NCBI GenBank assembly: GCA_964016885.1
Contig: OZ024740.1
Coordinates: forward strand, 240,436,001-240,500,000
Reading direction: 5' to 3'
From: Eledone cirrhosa
Taxonomy: Eukaryota
Length of the DNA: 64,000 nt
The notes below the pieces were generated by a model. The model made no database searches and was not told the DNA's origin. It was given only the letters and a program-made list of their open reading frames with translations. Shown here one piece after another: positions 11,478-25,295 of this stretch; position 1 is the first letter of the stretch; each line of letters starts with the position of its first letter. Position numbers and translations under genes: made by a program.

Positions 11478-13536
11478 TAAACGTCCCCGATGGCGCTGAA
11501 GAACATCTTGGAGTTCTTTGTGTCAGCGTATCTCTCTACTTCTTCGGCCTTCTTTTCCCACCACTCGTCCTGCATTCTGCGTAGCGCTGCTTGGGTCTGC
11601 TTCTGGAGGTGCTTGAAGCGGTCGCGCTTCGAGGTGGAGGAGCTGTCATTCTGCCACTCAATGAAAGCCCTCCACTTCTCGTGCAGGAGTTGCCTGATGC
11701 GCTCATCGTTTTCATCAAACCGTCCTGGTGGACTCTCTTCCTCGGCCCGAGGACCTGAACTGGTCCCACTGTTGAGTTGGGGGTCCGGTCAGTGGTCCAT
11801 GGGCAGTCAGCCGGCCGTCCAGGTCTTCCGCGAACGCATCACGATGCTCTGGCTGCTTGAGTCGTGCGACGTCGAAAGCTGGCCTACAGACTTTCGGAGT
11901 CTTGCGATGCGTCGGGGTGATGTGCAGTGATAGGATGGTCCTAACAAGGCGATGGTCAGTCCAACACTCTGCACCACGCATGGCCCTGGTGATTCTGACG
12001 TCACGGATATCCCTCCTGCGGCATATGTCAAAGTCAATCAGATGCCACTGTTTGGATCTGGGGTGCATCCATGTCGTCTTGAACTTGTCTGCCTGGCGTA
12101 ACAGTGTGCTGGTGAGGTCGTTCTCGGCGCATAAAGTCAACAGTATGAGGCCGTTAGAATTCAGCTTCCCTGTGCCGTGAGGTCCCAGCACGCCTCTCCA
12201 GTTGCTGCTGTCAGACCCGACTCTTGCGTTGAAGTCTCCCAGTAGGATGAGTTTATTGCTTGGGGGGCGCCCTTCAAGAGTGCGTTGAGTTCCCCGTAGA
12301 AAGCGTCCTTTGCTTCATCGCTGCTGGTGAGAGTGGGGGCGTACGCGCTGATGACTGTGACATGCCGAGATGGGTCAAGGGGGAATCGGAGCTTCATCAG
12401 CCGCTCACTAACAGGTGTTGGGAGGTCTGGTAGCTGCTTGCAGAGCGAAGTCCTGATGGCCAGGCCTACCCCGTGGATTCTGTCCTCGTCCTTTGCATTA
12501 CCCTTCCAGAAGAAGATGTAGCCTTCTTTCGGTTCTGCTACTGATCCTTCTTCGGCGAGTCTGGTCTCGCTGAGGGCGGCTATGTCGATCTGGTAGCGAG
12601 CTAATTCCCTTGCTATGAGGGCAGTTCTTCTCTCTGGCCTCAAGGAGGTTTCCCTATCCATGAGGGTGCACACATTCCATGCACCAAGAATCAAGTTCTT
12701 CTTTCTATTATGTTGGTTTCGACCGCTTCGAAGGGTAAAACCGCCAGCCGCGGTAGACTGGCCGGCTTTGTGTGGGACGAGCATTTGGTTAGGGCTCCTT
12801 TTGTCGCCCCTCCCCTCCTGCGAAGGTGAGCAGTGCTCTCCTGAAAAGGGCTGCTCAGTCGCCGGTGGAACGCCTGATCTCTTCTGTCATCCCAGGGTCA
12901 GGAGGAGAACGACTTGCGCATCCAGGCCGCCCACGTGTGGGTTTGAGACTAGCAACTCCCAGAGATTACCTCCACCTGTTACCTCCGCCTCTCGCCCATC
13001 GCTGCAGGGCTTTGGGAGTGCACGCTAAAGAAGAAACCTGTGCGGGAAAGGTTTATAGTGGGAGGGCCAGTGCACAGTGACGGTCCCACTCACTCAGCCG
13101 TAGAAGCCAGAATCCGGTGGTACAGAGGACCGTCACGATCAGGGACTTCCTTTGCTGCAGTGGATGGCCACGACGTCTGTAGTGCCTTGCCGTGCCCTAG
13201 CGCCCCACACCGCCTTTTGTCGCCGCCTTCGTGACCGTTAGGACGATGTTGTCCTCCTCCACTCACTCCGCCGGGTTAAGTCTTCGCATACAGGGGTAGG
13301 CATCTTCTATCAAACTCACCGGGGGGGTTCAGACCCGTCCGGCTACCCTCAACTTGGTTCGGCCCGCCAGCCAAGGCGGTTTACAGGGGTGTGGCCGCTG
13401 TCGCATGCTACAGCTTCTTGGGGCCACAGGTGAGAGCTGAGTGTCAGGTGGGACCCAATGCAGGACGAGCTGTCCTGAAAAGGGTATGGCTACCCCCCCC
13501 CTACAGAGGTACATACCCCTCCCTGACACCCCAGGC
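11478..13536 (-). mobile_element. RTE (BovB-like) LINE: 5' UTR plus AP endonuclease region, 3'-truncated and frameshifted
   Basis: GAWNV...RPERRTALIARELARYQIDIAALSETRL, SAYAPT, TWMHPRSKQWHLID, ECWTDHRLV. Confidence 0.92.
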
Positions 13537-14143
13537 ATATACACACGCATATACATACACATACATATGTACATGTGTATATACATATTTACACATTTTT
13601 GGATGGCCGTTGTCTCTTATGAGTTCTTCCGCCCTTTGTCAGGTTTTTTGTATGTCAGGTCACTCTTGAGAGCTACTGGTCACATGTAAACCAGTACAAC
13701 CTGTCGCATGGTCGGGTCGTCTGCGACTAAACTGGCAACCCCACCAAGTTTACTTAGTGAGGAGGGTGATTTTGGACACCCTGCAGGACAAAAGAGTTAA
13801 ATACAATTTGTAAATTTCCAGTCATAGAGGTTTTACATCACAGAGCATATATAAAATGAATAAATAAAGAACCGAGGTTTAAATACATTATTTAAATACA
13901 TTATTATTGATTTCCATATGTTTCATTCAAATACAGATATAGGTAGCATTTAATTCAACTGTCTCTGCACACGTACGCAATATATTTTTTAAATAGTTGT
14001 AACTCAATTGTTCTTTAAAATTATAAATCATCCTACTGATTGATACGTTATTGCTAATATAAGCTCCCATATTTTTTCTTAAAATACTATATACTTAGAA
14101 TTAAAATTGGTTGTAACTTTAATGAATAAATCTTAAATATAAT

Positions 14144-14194
14144 TGTTTCTACTTTAGGCACAAGGCCAGCAATTACCCAGTGCATTACTGGTAC
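14144..14194 (-). mobile_element. SINE 3' stub with 15-bp TSD
   Basis: aatcttaaatataat at 14129-14143 and 14195-14209. Confidence 0.85.
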
Positions 14195-14911
14195 AATCTT
14201 AAATATAATAAAGGGAGGAATGCAGGACTGCGTCCAGAATACATTTTTTTATCCCGTTTGTAAAATAAGTTGGATTACTTTGAAATAAATAATGAATAAA
14301 TAATGAATGAATATTACATAATTTATGTACTAAATTTCCTAACTCTTGATTAAATATAAATAATTTTATTATTTATTTAAAGATTCACTTCTTTAAAATT
14401 CTCAAATGTCAACACTTCCGGTTAGTGCCCGTTATATTATAACACTTATTACATCGCATATATTTCCGTCGCTAATTTTCTCCTAATGCAGTTTATATAT
14501 AATATCGTCTTTTTTAAATGTATCATGGATCACTTTACTGAATACATAAGACAGTGTAACACAGACTCTCTGCAATTTCTGTGGATATTGTCAATTACGA
14601 TTTTATTTGACATATCATATCTACATGCATATATATTTGCGTATAATATGAACATGCACACTACACATGCTATCAGAAAACCACCCAAAAGGTGTTTTTT
14701 ATGCTAGTGTTATTAAATTGATAGGCTCTAATTTCACTCTGATAATGTTTATTCGAGTCAAAATACGAGTATTAAATATACTAGTCGAATAAACCACTAT
14801 ATGTAATTAAAACAATTATCTAAACGTCTAGCCTGCCATAATTTAACGCGTTTCCAACTACATGCAATACTTGTTTACGTTTTTCTAATAAATATCTTTT
14901 TTATATTATCT

Positions 14912-14992
14912 AGTGATTCTGACGATTTCTATACAAAGGAATTAAATGCCACCTCCTTCTGTATTTGAATGAAAGATATATAAATAAATAAA
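14912..14992 (+). ncRNA. hammerhead ribozyme, slightly decayed
   Basis: gauu-CUGACGA(14919)-uuuc..uaca.aagga/uccuu.ugua..gaau-GAAAG-auau-AUA-aau; the inverted copy reads GAAAC-auau-GGA-aauc. Confidence 0.6.
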
Positions 14993-15039
14993 ATCTTGGT
15001 TATTTATTTATTCATTATATATATAGATATATAGTAATA

Positions 15040-15094
15040 ATAATTGTTTCTACTTTAGGCACAAGGCCAGCAATTACCCAGTGCATTACTGGTA
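15040..15094 (-). mobile_element. SINE 3' stub joined to (GT)n 15095-15295
   Basis: same truncation point as 14144-14194. Confidence 0.8.
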
Positions 15095-15112
15095 TATGTG
15101 TGTGTGTGTGTG

Positions 15113-15144
<32 letters not shown>

Positions 15145-15165
15145 CGTGTGTGTGTGGGTGTGTGT

Positions 15166-15290
<125 letters not shown>

Positions 15291-15443
15291 TGTGTGGAAG
15301 TATAAAGAAAGTGTTCAAGCGCAAAAATGCTATAAAACTAGTGTATAAAATAGAGTAAACACCCTATTTAATAAGCTATTTATTTATATATATATAACAA
15401 AAATTTATGATAGCGAATCAAAGGCACTTATCAACATATTTTA

Positions 15444-15555
15444 TTCCTTACAAGTCATTTCATCTGAATGGGCGATGCTTGTGTGTTCACAGATGGAAGT
15501 AAATACGATCTGTATACATCCATAGATAATCCCCGATTCAGAATCCTCAGAGGAA
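15444..15555 (-). ncRNA. type I hammerhead with long stem II (left arm)
   Basis: UUCCU-CUGAGGA-UUCUGAAU...AUUCAGAU-GAAAU-gacuu-GUA-AGGAA. Confidence 0.7.
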
Positions 15556-15754
15556 AAAATAAGTTATTTACAAAAAGGGATAAGGATGAATCGTACTGTA
15601 AGCAAAATAACCAACTGCAAATCCGGAAATACTGCAGACTTTCGAGCAGACACAAAATAATGACGAAATCGGCAGCCATTTTGGTATATATATATTTACG
15701 GATTTGCTTACAGTACGATTCATCCTTATACCTTTTTGTGACATTATTGTAAAA

Positions 15755-15939
15755 GGGCGGTGGATTGGCAGTATCGGTAGAGGGTCGGACGCCATGCTTT
15801 CCAGCATAGTTACGTCCCTTTACGATCTGAGTTCAAATCCCGCCGAGGTTGACTTTGCCCTTCATCCTTACGGGGTCGATAAAATAAAGTACCAGTAATG
15901 CACTGGGTAATTGCTGGCCTTGTGCCTAAAGTAGAAACA
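15755..15939 (+). mobile_element. full-length SINE with 12-bp TSD
   Basis: attattgtaaaa at 15743-15754 and 15940-15951. Confidence 0.9.
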
Positions 15940-15961
15940 ATTATTGTAAAAAACTTATTAT

Positions 15962-16073
15962 TTCCTCTGAGGATTCTGAATCGGGGCATATCTCTGGATG
16001 TATACAGATCGTATTTATATCCATCCGTGAACACACAAACATCGCCCATTCAGATGAAACAACTTGTAAGGAA
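15962..16073 (+). ncRNA. type I hammerhead with long stem II (right arm)
   Basis: UUCCU-CUGAGGA(15967)-UUCUGAAU...AUUCAGAU-GAAAC-aacuu-GUA(16066-68)-AGGAA, then AATAAA. Confidence 0.8.
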
Positions 16074-16299
16074 TAAAATATGTTGATAAGTGCCTTTGAT
16101 TCGCTATCAAAATTTCTGTTACATTTGCTCTGCTTGTATTCTCTGCATATTCATTTTTCTTAAGTACTAACTCCACTTTAATATTTAATATTTAATTTAA
16201 TATTGCAATTTTAAGCATTGAACACGCTTTGCTTTGATTAAGGCATCTAACACAATATATCATAATATCTTCTCTTCTTAATTTACGATATATTAATTC

Positions 16300-16354
<55 letters not shown>

Positions 16355-16674
16355 ATTAAACTTAAGCCCAATTCTCTATTTCGGGGAATATAAGCTAGAC
16401 CGACTAACATAAGTCGGTTTTACATAGAGTTCTCCACCCAGGGTTCCTGGAATTCAAAAGGCAACATAAATTATTCAAGACATTTGGAGTTGGTGACGGT
16501 TGGTGAGGGTGCAATAGAGAGACGGCAATCATCTGCAAAGACGAAGCAATCACCATATATGTATGTGTGTGTGTATGTATGTTCTCTTTCTCTTAATTTC
16601 GCGTTCATTTTTGACCGGCCACCTTCCTGGTGGCAAGGTTGTAAAAGAAGAGAAATTGTCATCCCTTGAATCGC

Positions 16675-19640
16675 AGCCAGATATCGCAGCTATTTGTAGT
16701 CTATGAATTAGGAAACTGCGCTCTTTGAACACAAATGCAAGTTCAGTCATACGTTGGTCCACCGGGTTGGTATATAACCTGTAGCTCCAATAATAATAGG
16801 TATAAAGCTGAAGGTGTATTTTAGATACTGAATCTGCAAACTCCTCATCAATAGTCTATAGATGTCCTCCTCCTGTATTTTTCTTACAACGTTGACATCA
16901 AGTGGGCAGCTGATCTCTACAACAGAGCACGTTTTCAATGTGTGGTCCCAAACAACAATATCAGGCCGGTTGTGTTTTAATTTGGTGGCAGTTTTTATTT
17001 TCAGGTTCCACCAGTATTCTTTAGTGCCATCTATCTCAACATATTCCTCCTCATTAGTTTTTAATTTCGTTTTCCTTAGTGCGCTCCAAATGATTCTAGC
17101 TATCACATCGTGTCGCATAGTGAGGTAGTAATGAGACGACATTCTTTCGCAGTTGGCAATAATGTTGCTAACATTTTCGATCTTTGTTTAACATAGCCTA
17201 CATTTATTGTCGACTGATGGCCCTCCTCTTTTGTGTAGTAGATACTTAGTAGGGATTTCTTATTCCTGTATTGCATAGAGATATCCTTCAAGGTGGGATG
17301 TTATAAACTTGTCAGAACTCCATGCCAGGATTATTGAATGATTTATCCTCTCTATGGTCTGAGTTTTTTGTCTCGGGTACACATGTACGACTTTCTCTGT
17401 GAATTGGTCAATTTCTTATCTTGATTGAGCATTGAATAGAATATTCCAATATTCCTAGGAGAGAAATTTATATCAGGCCTTATTCCATATCTCTCCTCCA
17501 GATCAGTGGCTAACCTAATGATTTTATTTCCTTCATGCTCATAAACCTGGGCAAGATGGTTGCTGAACTTTTTCTTCTGTTGAAGATGTTGCTTCAGTGT
17601 TACTATCTGGGTCTCGTATAATGTTAATATGGATTTTAGAAGCCTTGCGTGAGAAGTATAGCCTATCCACATCACCCTTGATGCTAAAGTTTCCAGTAAC
17701 ACTGAGAAGCTTGCGAGTTCTTACATCCATCTCACTTAGTTCTTGCAATGACCAGTTTAGCAGGCCAAATGTTGGTGTTAGAATTGGCACAGCAAAAGTA
17801 TTGTGGGCAATGTATTTGTTGTACGCTGAGAGTTCTGATGACCATATTTTCTTTACTCTCCTGGGGTATTCAGTCCTGGCTCTCTCCTTATTTATGGGTC
17901 CATCATATCTGACATTTTCATCCTGTCCAATATAACTGTAGTTGTCACCTGACTGTAGATGTGGTATTGTCAAGCCGTTCATCTATAGATTTCCAGAGAA
18001 GGACACAACCCTTCCACGTTTTACTTTCAAATATGCACATTTGGACTCATAAAATTTCATTCACTTATCTCTATAAAATTGCGCAATGAGGTCCAAATGT
18101 TTTTTGATATAGTTGGTATTTAGCCCATACAACTTCAGGTCATCAACAAAGTAAAGATGGGAGATACTTCTGGGCCCACTTCCATGATCACTTTGTTTTG
18201 TGAGCAGGTATGATAATGGGTTGAGTGAGAGGACCAAGAGCAGCATTGATAAGCTATCACCCTGAAAGATGCCTTTCTAGTAGTGTATTGTATCAGTCTC
18301 AATGTGCTCCTTCTCACCCTAAGGATCAAATTAGTGTACCAGTTCTTGGTCAGGTAGTCAACAGCAGCTACTAGTGGTTGTGGGACTTTGGCTAACTGTA
18401 AAGCCTTAATAATCCACCCATGAGGTACACTATCAAAAGCCTTCTGATAGTCTAGCCACACCACAGTCATGTTCCTACGATCCTTTGTTGTTTTTCCTGT
18501 ATCATTTTATTTGTTAGTAGGTGATCTATACAACCCCACACCTCCGTCTTTCTACCAGCTTGCTCAGGTATCATAATGTTGTTGGTGGCACAATGATCCT
18601 GTATTGAGGTACCCAGTATATAATTTGTACATGATGTTCTGGCAGGCTAATGGACGGTAATCTTTATTTAGCAAGGGTGGTTTGGCTATTTGGGGGGCTG
18701 AGGAGAGTAGTGGCAGTTGGTAACCTTTGGGGCAGTTCTTGTATGTATTTAATGCTTTCTCTATACAGCCGTATGAAATCTTGCCGATAGAAGGAGAAAT
18801 TCTTCAGCCAGTATCCTGTTATGAGGTCTGGGCCTGGTGATTTCCTATTCGACAATTTCTGCAGAGCTGTTTCCAGTATTGGCCCATCTATGTCATATTG
18901 TTTTGTCTGGACATGCTGGCAGTATTCCTGTTCCAGTTCTTTTAGCCATATAGTTTGTTTGTCAAATTCGTCATTTGTTTCCCATACAGATCTCCAGTAG
19001 CTCTCAACCTGTTCTTTTGTAGGGGTGACATTTACAGATATTGAGCCTTTCATATTGAAGCTGTGATAAACTGATTTAGGATCTCTGGCAAATAGTCTAT
19101 TTAGCACATTTATGTGCTGTTGATTTATATTTTAGTTTCTCTGCTGCAGCTGTGAGTTGTTGTTTCAGCTGGTGTAGTTTGGCGTTTAAATCTTCTATCT
19201 CAAAATCGCCTTTCTAGTTTTGGGGTTCTTTTTTCCTTACGTCTTCTTGATGTCGTGTGAAGTTGCTCTCTATGTTGCATTTTATAACTACAGCGATCTG
19301 TGAGATACTTCGTCTCAGGGACAAAATTTTATTTTTTAAATTACGCATCCATGCTGATTCAGACTTTCTGTTTGCATCCTGGTTGCATTGTTTCATGTGT
19401 TTATGATAGGATAGCAATGTGACAGCTGAAACATATTAAAATATTAATCATTTCATAGGTTGTTTCCACACCTTTGGACTGTATGGCCTCCAGATAATTG
19501 TCAGCTATTTCGTTCACTGCTTCCAATTGCAATTTAGTTGGCTTTTTACTGATTCTGGCGTTGTATGGTCTGTTACTCACATTAAGGTTGAGTATCTTTT
19601 GAAACATATCATCCCATATCACTTGTAAGGTGTCCACATA
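16675..19640 (-). mobile_element. decayed R4/Dong-clade non-LTR retrotransposon (RT + CCHC finger + restriction-like endonuclease)
   Basis: NRLFARDPKSVY, KSPGPD, WLDYQKAFDSVPH, HLYFVDDLKLY, KKIWSSELSAYNK, RHDVIARII, RPDIVVWD...VEISCP; many frameshifts. Confidence 0.85.
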
Positions 19641-19659
19641 TATGTACGTATGTATGTAC

Positions 19660-19730
19660 CCGTACTTTCTAATGGAGTCATAAGGGTGCCGTAGTGATAT
19701 ATGGCGTTTCGTTGGCATTTTTTAAGCCTG
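19660..19730. repeat. dispersed repeat shared with 31625-31695
   Basis: acccgta...tggag/atcgta...ggtgcc...ggcgtttc...gcattt. Confidence 0.55.
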
Positions 19731-20345
19731 TATAGTCTATTTCCTCTCTAGGTTCGAACACAGGTAGGTGACAGGCAGTTGAAATATAGAAAAGATTGAA
19801 AGAGGAGGAGGACAATGAGAAGTACACTGGCGCACAGAAGCGACTGGAAGAAGGCAATAAAGAAAGGCAATGTACAAGACAAGTTTATACACACACACAT
19901 CTTCACCTTTATAAGCTCTCAAACCAGCAAAATGGTTTCGTACGATTGTGGATTGCCTCTCTATTGACCACTGGCCGCTAGTCTCTGTCCTCTGAGGCAT
20001 TTTTGCCTATCACTGTCTGTAACAGCATTTAGCTGTTTTAACAGATGTTCTGTATATATGTATACTGGTCAGCGATGTAAACACCACGATAAACCAGTCA
20101 AAAAGCAAAACCACACATCTTAAATTGTCTGAAGAGAACATGTGAGAAGGTTATTATGTAACCACTCTGACATCTTCCAAATATGTATAACAGAATTATG
20201 TAATAAAAAGAAAATGTACAAATATAACCGTCTCTATTATTTATAATACTGAAAATCCTAAGGAATAGAAATCGTAGAGTGCTTTACGTCTGTTTACAAA
20301 ACAATCGGCGGATTATATGATCAACCAGCTTTCATCAATTGAATA

Positions 20346-22012
<1,667 letters not shown>

Positions 22013-22192
22013 TAGATATATATAATACAGACCGACTATATATGCTCACTCCACTTTTCCCTTCACAACTCTGTATACACACATACAAACCCTTATATTA
22101 ACATACTTTTGCTCATAGCTTCGTACTTACATGCACACACACTCTTTTACTTACATATACACACACATTTCTTCTTAGCTTCGTACGGACGT

Positions 22193-22227
<35 letters not shown>

Positions 22228-22433
22228 TCTTATGCACGTGCACAAGTATATCTCTTTTTACAAAACGTTTTTTTTTCCATTTCCATTTTCTAAAAAATAA
22301 ATCATACACAAAACGCCAGCACTAACAGTTTTGCAAGAGATGTCAACATAAATGGACCTGTTATTTTTATCTAAAGACATTTTTTCCAATTCCAACCCGC
22401 CCGTCCCCTCAATCTATCTTATTTCTCATTCTT

Positions 22434-22469
22434 TCTTCTGATGAAGGACTAGCGTCCGAAACGTTAAGA
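22434..22469 (+). ncRNA. minimal hammerhead with palindromic loop-less stem III
   Basis: UCUU-CUGAUGA-A-GGAC-uagc-GUCC-GAA-ACGU-U-AAGA; its downstream tail (to 22556) recurs inverted at 46014-46092. Confidence 0.7.
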
Positions 22470-22554
22470 CCCTCTTCCTGCTATATCAAGCGTTAACCTA
22501 ATATATCCCTTCCATATACTGTACCGATTGTGTTGTTGTTTCTGTTTACCCTTT

Positions 22555-22650
<96 letters not shown>

Positions 22651-22653
<3 letters not shown>

Positions 22654-22731
22654 CAAGGTTTAGCAAATAAGAAAAAGTTTCAAAATAAAAAATTTATTTT
22701 GAAACTTTTTCTTATTTGCTAAACCTTGATT
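22651..22731. repeat. perfect ~39-bp-stem hairpin made of two family X 3' ends
   Basis: aatcaaggtttagc...aaaataaa-aaa-tttatttt...gctaaaccttgatt, within TA tracts. Confidence 0.9.
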
Positions 22732-22844
22732 ATATATGTTCTGGCTCGTTAATTTATTAACCTGCCATTGAACCACATTGGCATATGGTTGGACAATATA
22801 TGTGTCCCTAAGCGCTTTGTGCGTGTAGCGATATATACTTTATT

Positions 22845-23109
22845 ATTATTCTCCTCTTGGTCGAGAAAAAAATTTGGTCGTTCTTACTGCTGCTAGTTAT
22901 AGCGGGAGCAGACTGACCTCCCTGCCTCTGCTTCTATCTTTACACACGGCACTTGAAGGAATTGCTTCCACTTCATTTATTCTCATCTCGGGAACAATTT
23001 TGAATAGCGCCAGTTCGTAATTTGAACTCAGGAATTTTATATTCTCCGAGTGAAAAGATCCTTCTGACGAGAGTTTATCTTTGCAATGGATGCCGTAAGG
23101 ACTGTCCAT
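22845..23109 (+). mobile_element. family X copy cut inside HHR stem II and fused to another repeat
   Basis: CTGACGA at ~23064; after gtccat the sequence matches the reverse complement of 13545-13622. Confidence 0.75.
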
Positions 23110-23486
23110 AAGAGTCAACGGCCATCCAAAAATGTGTAAAGATGTATATACATATGTATATATGTATATACATGTGTATACATGTGTATATATATGCGCG
23201 GGGACATAGAAATAATCGGGCTGGATACTCGATCGCGTAGTTAAACCACTGGGAGTGAAGGACCCCTAGCCTTTGTCCGGGTATTCTTCTAGGAGAAGGC
23301 AACTTATGAAACTGGGATAACTCCGACATAAAACATGCGGCTCGGTATTAACCGATGATGTTGATCTTTTCTTCTTTTCGGGTTATAGCTACTGTCGCTC
23401 AGAGAGTGGGATTGGCTCAGTGCACAGTCTTTCCTCGCTTTAAAAAAAATCTTCACGTACAGGCATTGCACGATAGCATTAAATAA

Positions 23487-25254
23487 ATTAAATAAATAGG
23501 TATTTGTTCCTAATATAGGTTTCTAGAGATGATGATTTTATGTATATAAATAGGTAGTTACAATTTATAATGTTAAATACACATCTTACATGGAATTTAA
23601 AAAGCAGGAATATAGACTATTCATTATCTTGGAAAACGATTTCAAAGCACCTGCTTACTGAAACATGGCCTTATCAAGATTCTGTAAATTATGTATTGAA
23701 GAAATTTTTTACATAATTAATTGTAAAAACTCTATAGAACAGAATTATTTAGTTGTTGCAAACATCGCCAAAATTCTACATTCAGAACTATATGTAAATT
23801 ATAATATACTTATAATATTCCTATTAATCTCCAAAATGATCTTATCTGCTCTGACATTTTATATTTTTAATACTTTAATATATTAATATCTCTAAATCAT
23901 AATATCTTTAAAATTTCTTATAATATAATATATATATATATATATGTGTGTATGTACAGATATTTATTTTTATATATTTATGTACTTCTACATTATGTAT
24001 ATATAATTCTAATTTTAATTTTAATTTTAATTTTAATTTTAATTCTTTTAAATTCTTTAATTCTTTTTTCTTAATTTTTTATTCTTCTAATGACACCCTC
24101 TAAAGCTTTAATTTTAAATGTAGATTAATAACCATTAACTGTTTTTAGTAAAATATATCCTATTCAGGATGGTGTTTAATTATTCATATTTCTTTAGAAT
24201 AAATAATTAATCCCACACTAGCGATTAATAAAAAAACATTGGAGTTATCTTTCCTTCTATTAAAAATAAAAACTTTTTATACATAACTCCGTTAATATAA
24301 CATTATAAATTGTAACTACCTATTTAACATTATAAATTGTAACTACCTATTTATATACATAAAATCATCATCTCTAGTAACCTATATTAGGAACAAACAC
24401 CTATTTATTTTACTTATTTATAAATCAATATCCCTCGTAACTCATATTATAAACAAACTATCCTATAAAAAAAACACATACGCTATTATTAAAATATATA
24501 TATAGATATTTATATATTATTATAAGATAAATAATTCTCAATATAAATATAGATAAATGTCTGAATATATTCTCCCTAAATTAATGTTCAAGTGGTCTTC
24601 CTTTTCCTTTTTCTTTCTTCTTTAACAATTTTAGTTTGATAATTTATATAGCTTCGTTAAATTAACAATATTCTGAAAACATTCTCAATGTTGAAAGTTT
24701 TTGAATCCACAAATTATTCTAATCTCACAACTTGAAAATAAAATGTTCAATATCATTCGTAACTCATATTTGTTTATATAACAATCAATGCATACGCAAA
24801 TTATTAATATACATAGAGATATTTATATACATATAACTTATCCTAATGTAATAAGATAAAAACACTTACAACCATAATTCTTCATAATATATAGGTAACA
24901 AAAATCTTTTCCCCTAAATTAACGTTATTCTTTTCCCTTTCTCTTCTTTCCTTATCACAAATATTTAAATTTTCCATAGCGTCTAAAATAACGTTTTTTT
25001 CAGCCCTTTAATATACACATCATTTGCATAATCATATTAATAATTTTAAATATCTGACTTTTTCTCCTCTCTTCCCTTCACTTTCCAGGGATAACTTGAA
25101 CCGTTAAGGTATATCATCCTTGGTCATGTCAAATATTTATAAAACATTTTGTATTTTATCTGATGATAGCGTACCAAAATTTTTGGTACCCTTGAAATAT
25201 ATATAATAGAATAAATATGGTTTTATAAATATAGTTTCCATTTATTTAATATCA

Positions 25255-25258
<4 letters not shown>
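23487..25258 (+). mobile_element. 3' part of a Naiad-type Penelope-like element: protein C-terminus, long AT-rich non-coding region and HHR, with a 5' inversion
   Basis: WNLKSRNIDYSLSWK..APAY..RFCKLCIEEIFYII..RTELFSCCKHR (23582-23804, frameshifted); 23493-23578 is an inverted copy of ~24322-24410. Confidence 0.75.
25152..25213 (+). ncRNA. type I hammerhead ribozyme
   Basis: 8-bp stem I UAUUUUAU/AUAGAAUA; CUGAUGA; stem II GUACCAAA/UUUGGUAC; GAAAU-AUAU-AUA. Confidence 0.8.

Positions 25259-25293
<35 letters not shown>

Positions 25294-25295
<2 letters not shown>

Larger units (their letters stand above)
13850..15020 (+). mobile_element. AT-rich PLE-like element whose 3' ~100 bp is repeated inverted at its 5' end
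   Basis: 13855-13957 is the reverse complement of ~14939-15016; HHR near the 3' end; ends at a TA tract. Confidence 0.6.
15395..16121. mobile_element. large foldback with two outward-facing HHR arms; a SINE is inserted in the right arm
   Basis: ~210-bp reverse-complement arms. Confidence 0.85.

Noticed and set aside
15755-15850. tRNA gene at SINE heads
   Set aside because: Only A/B-box-like remnants, no cloverleaf, and always attached to the SINE body
24085-24130. Possible SECIS (ATGA...AAA...GA) after the Naiad remnant
   Set aside because: The helix between the motifs does not pair and the spacing is short
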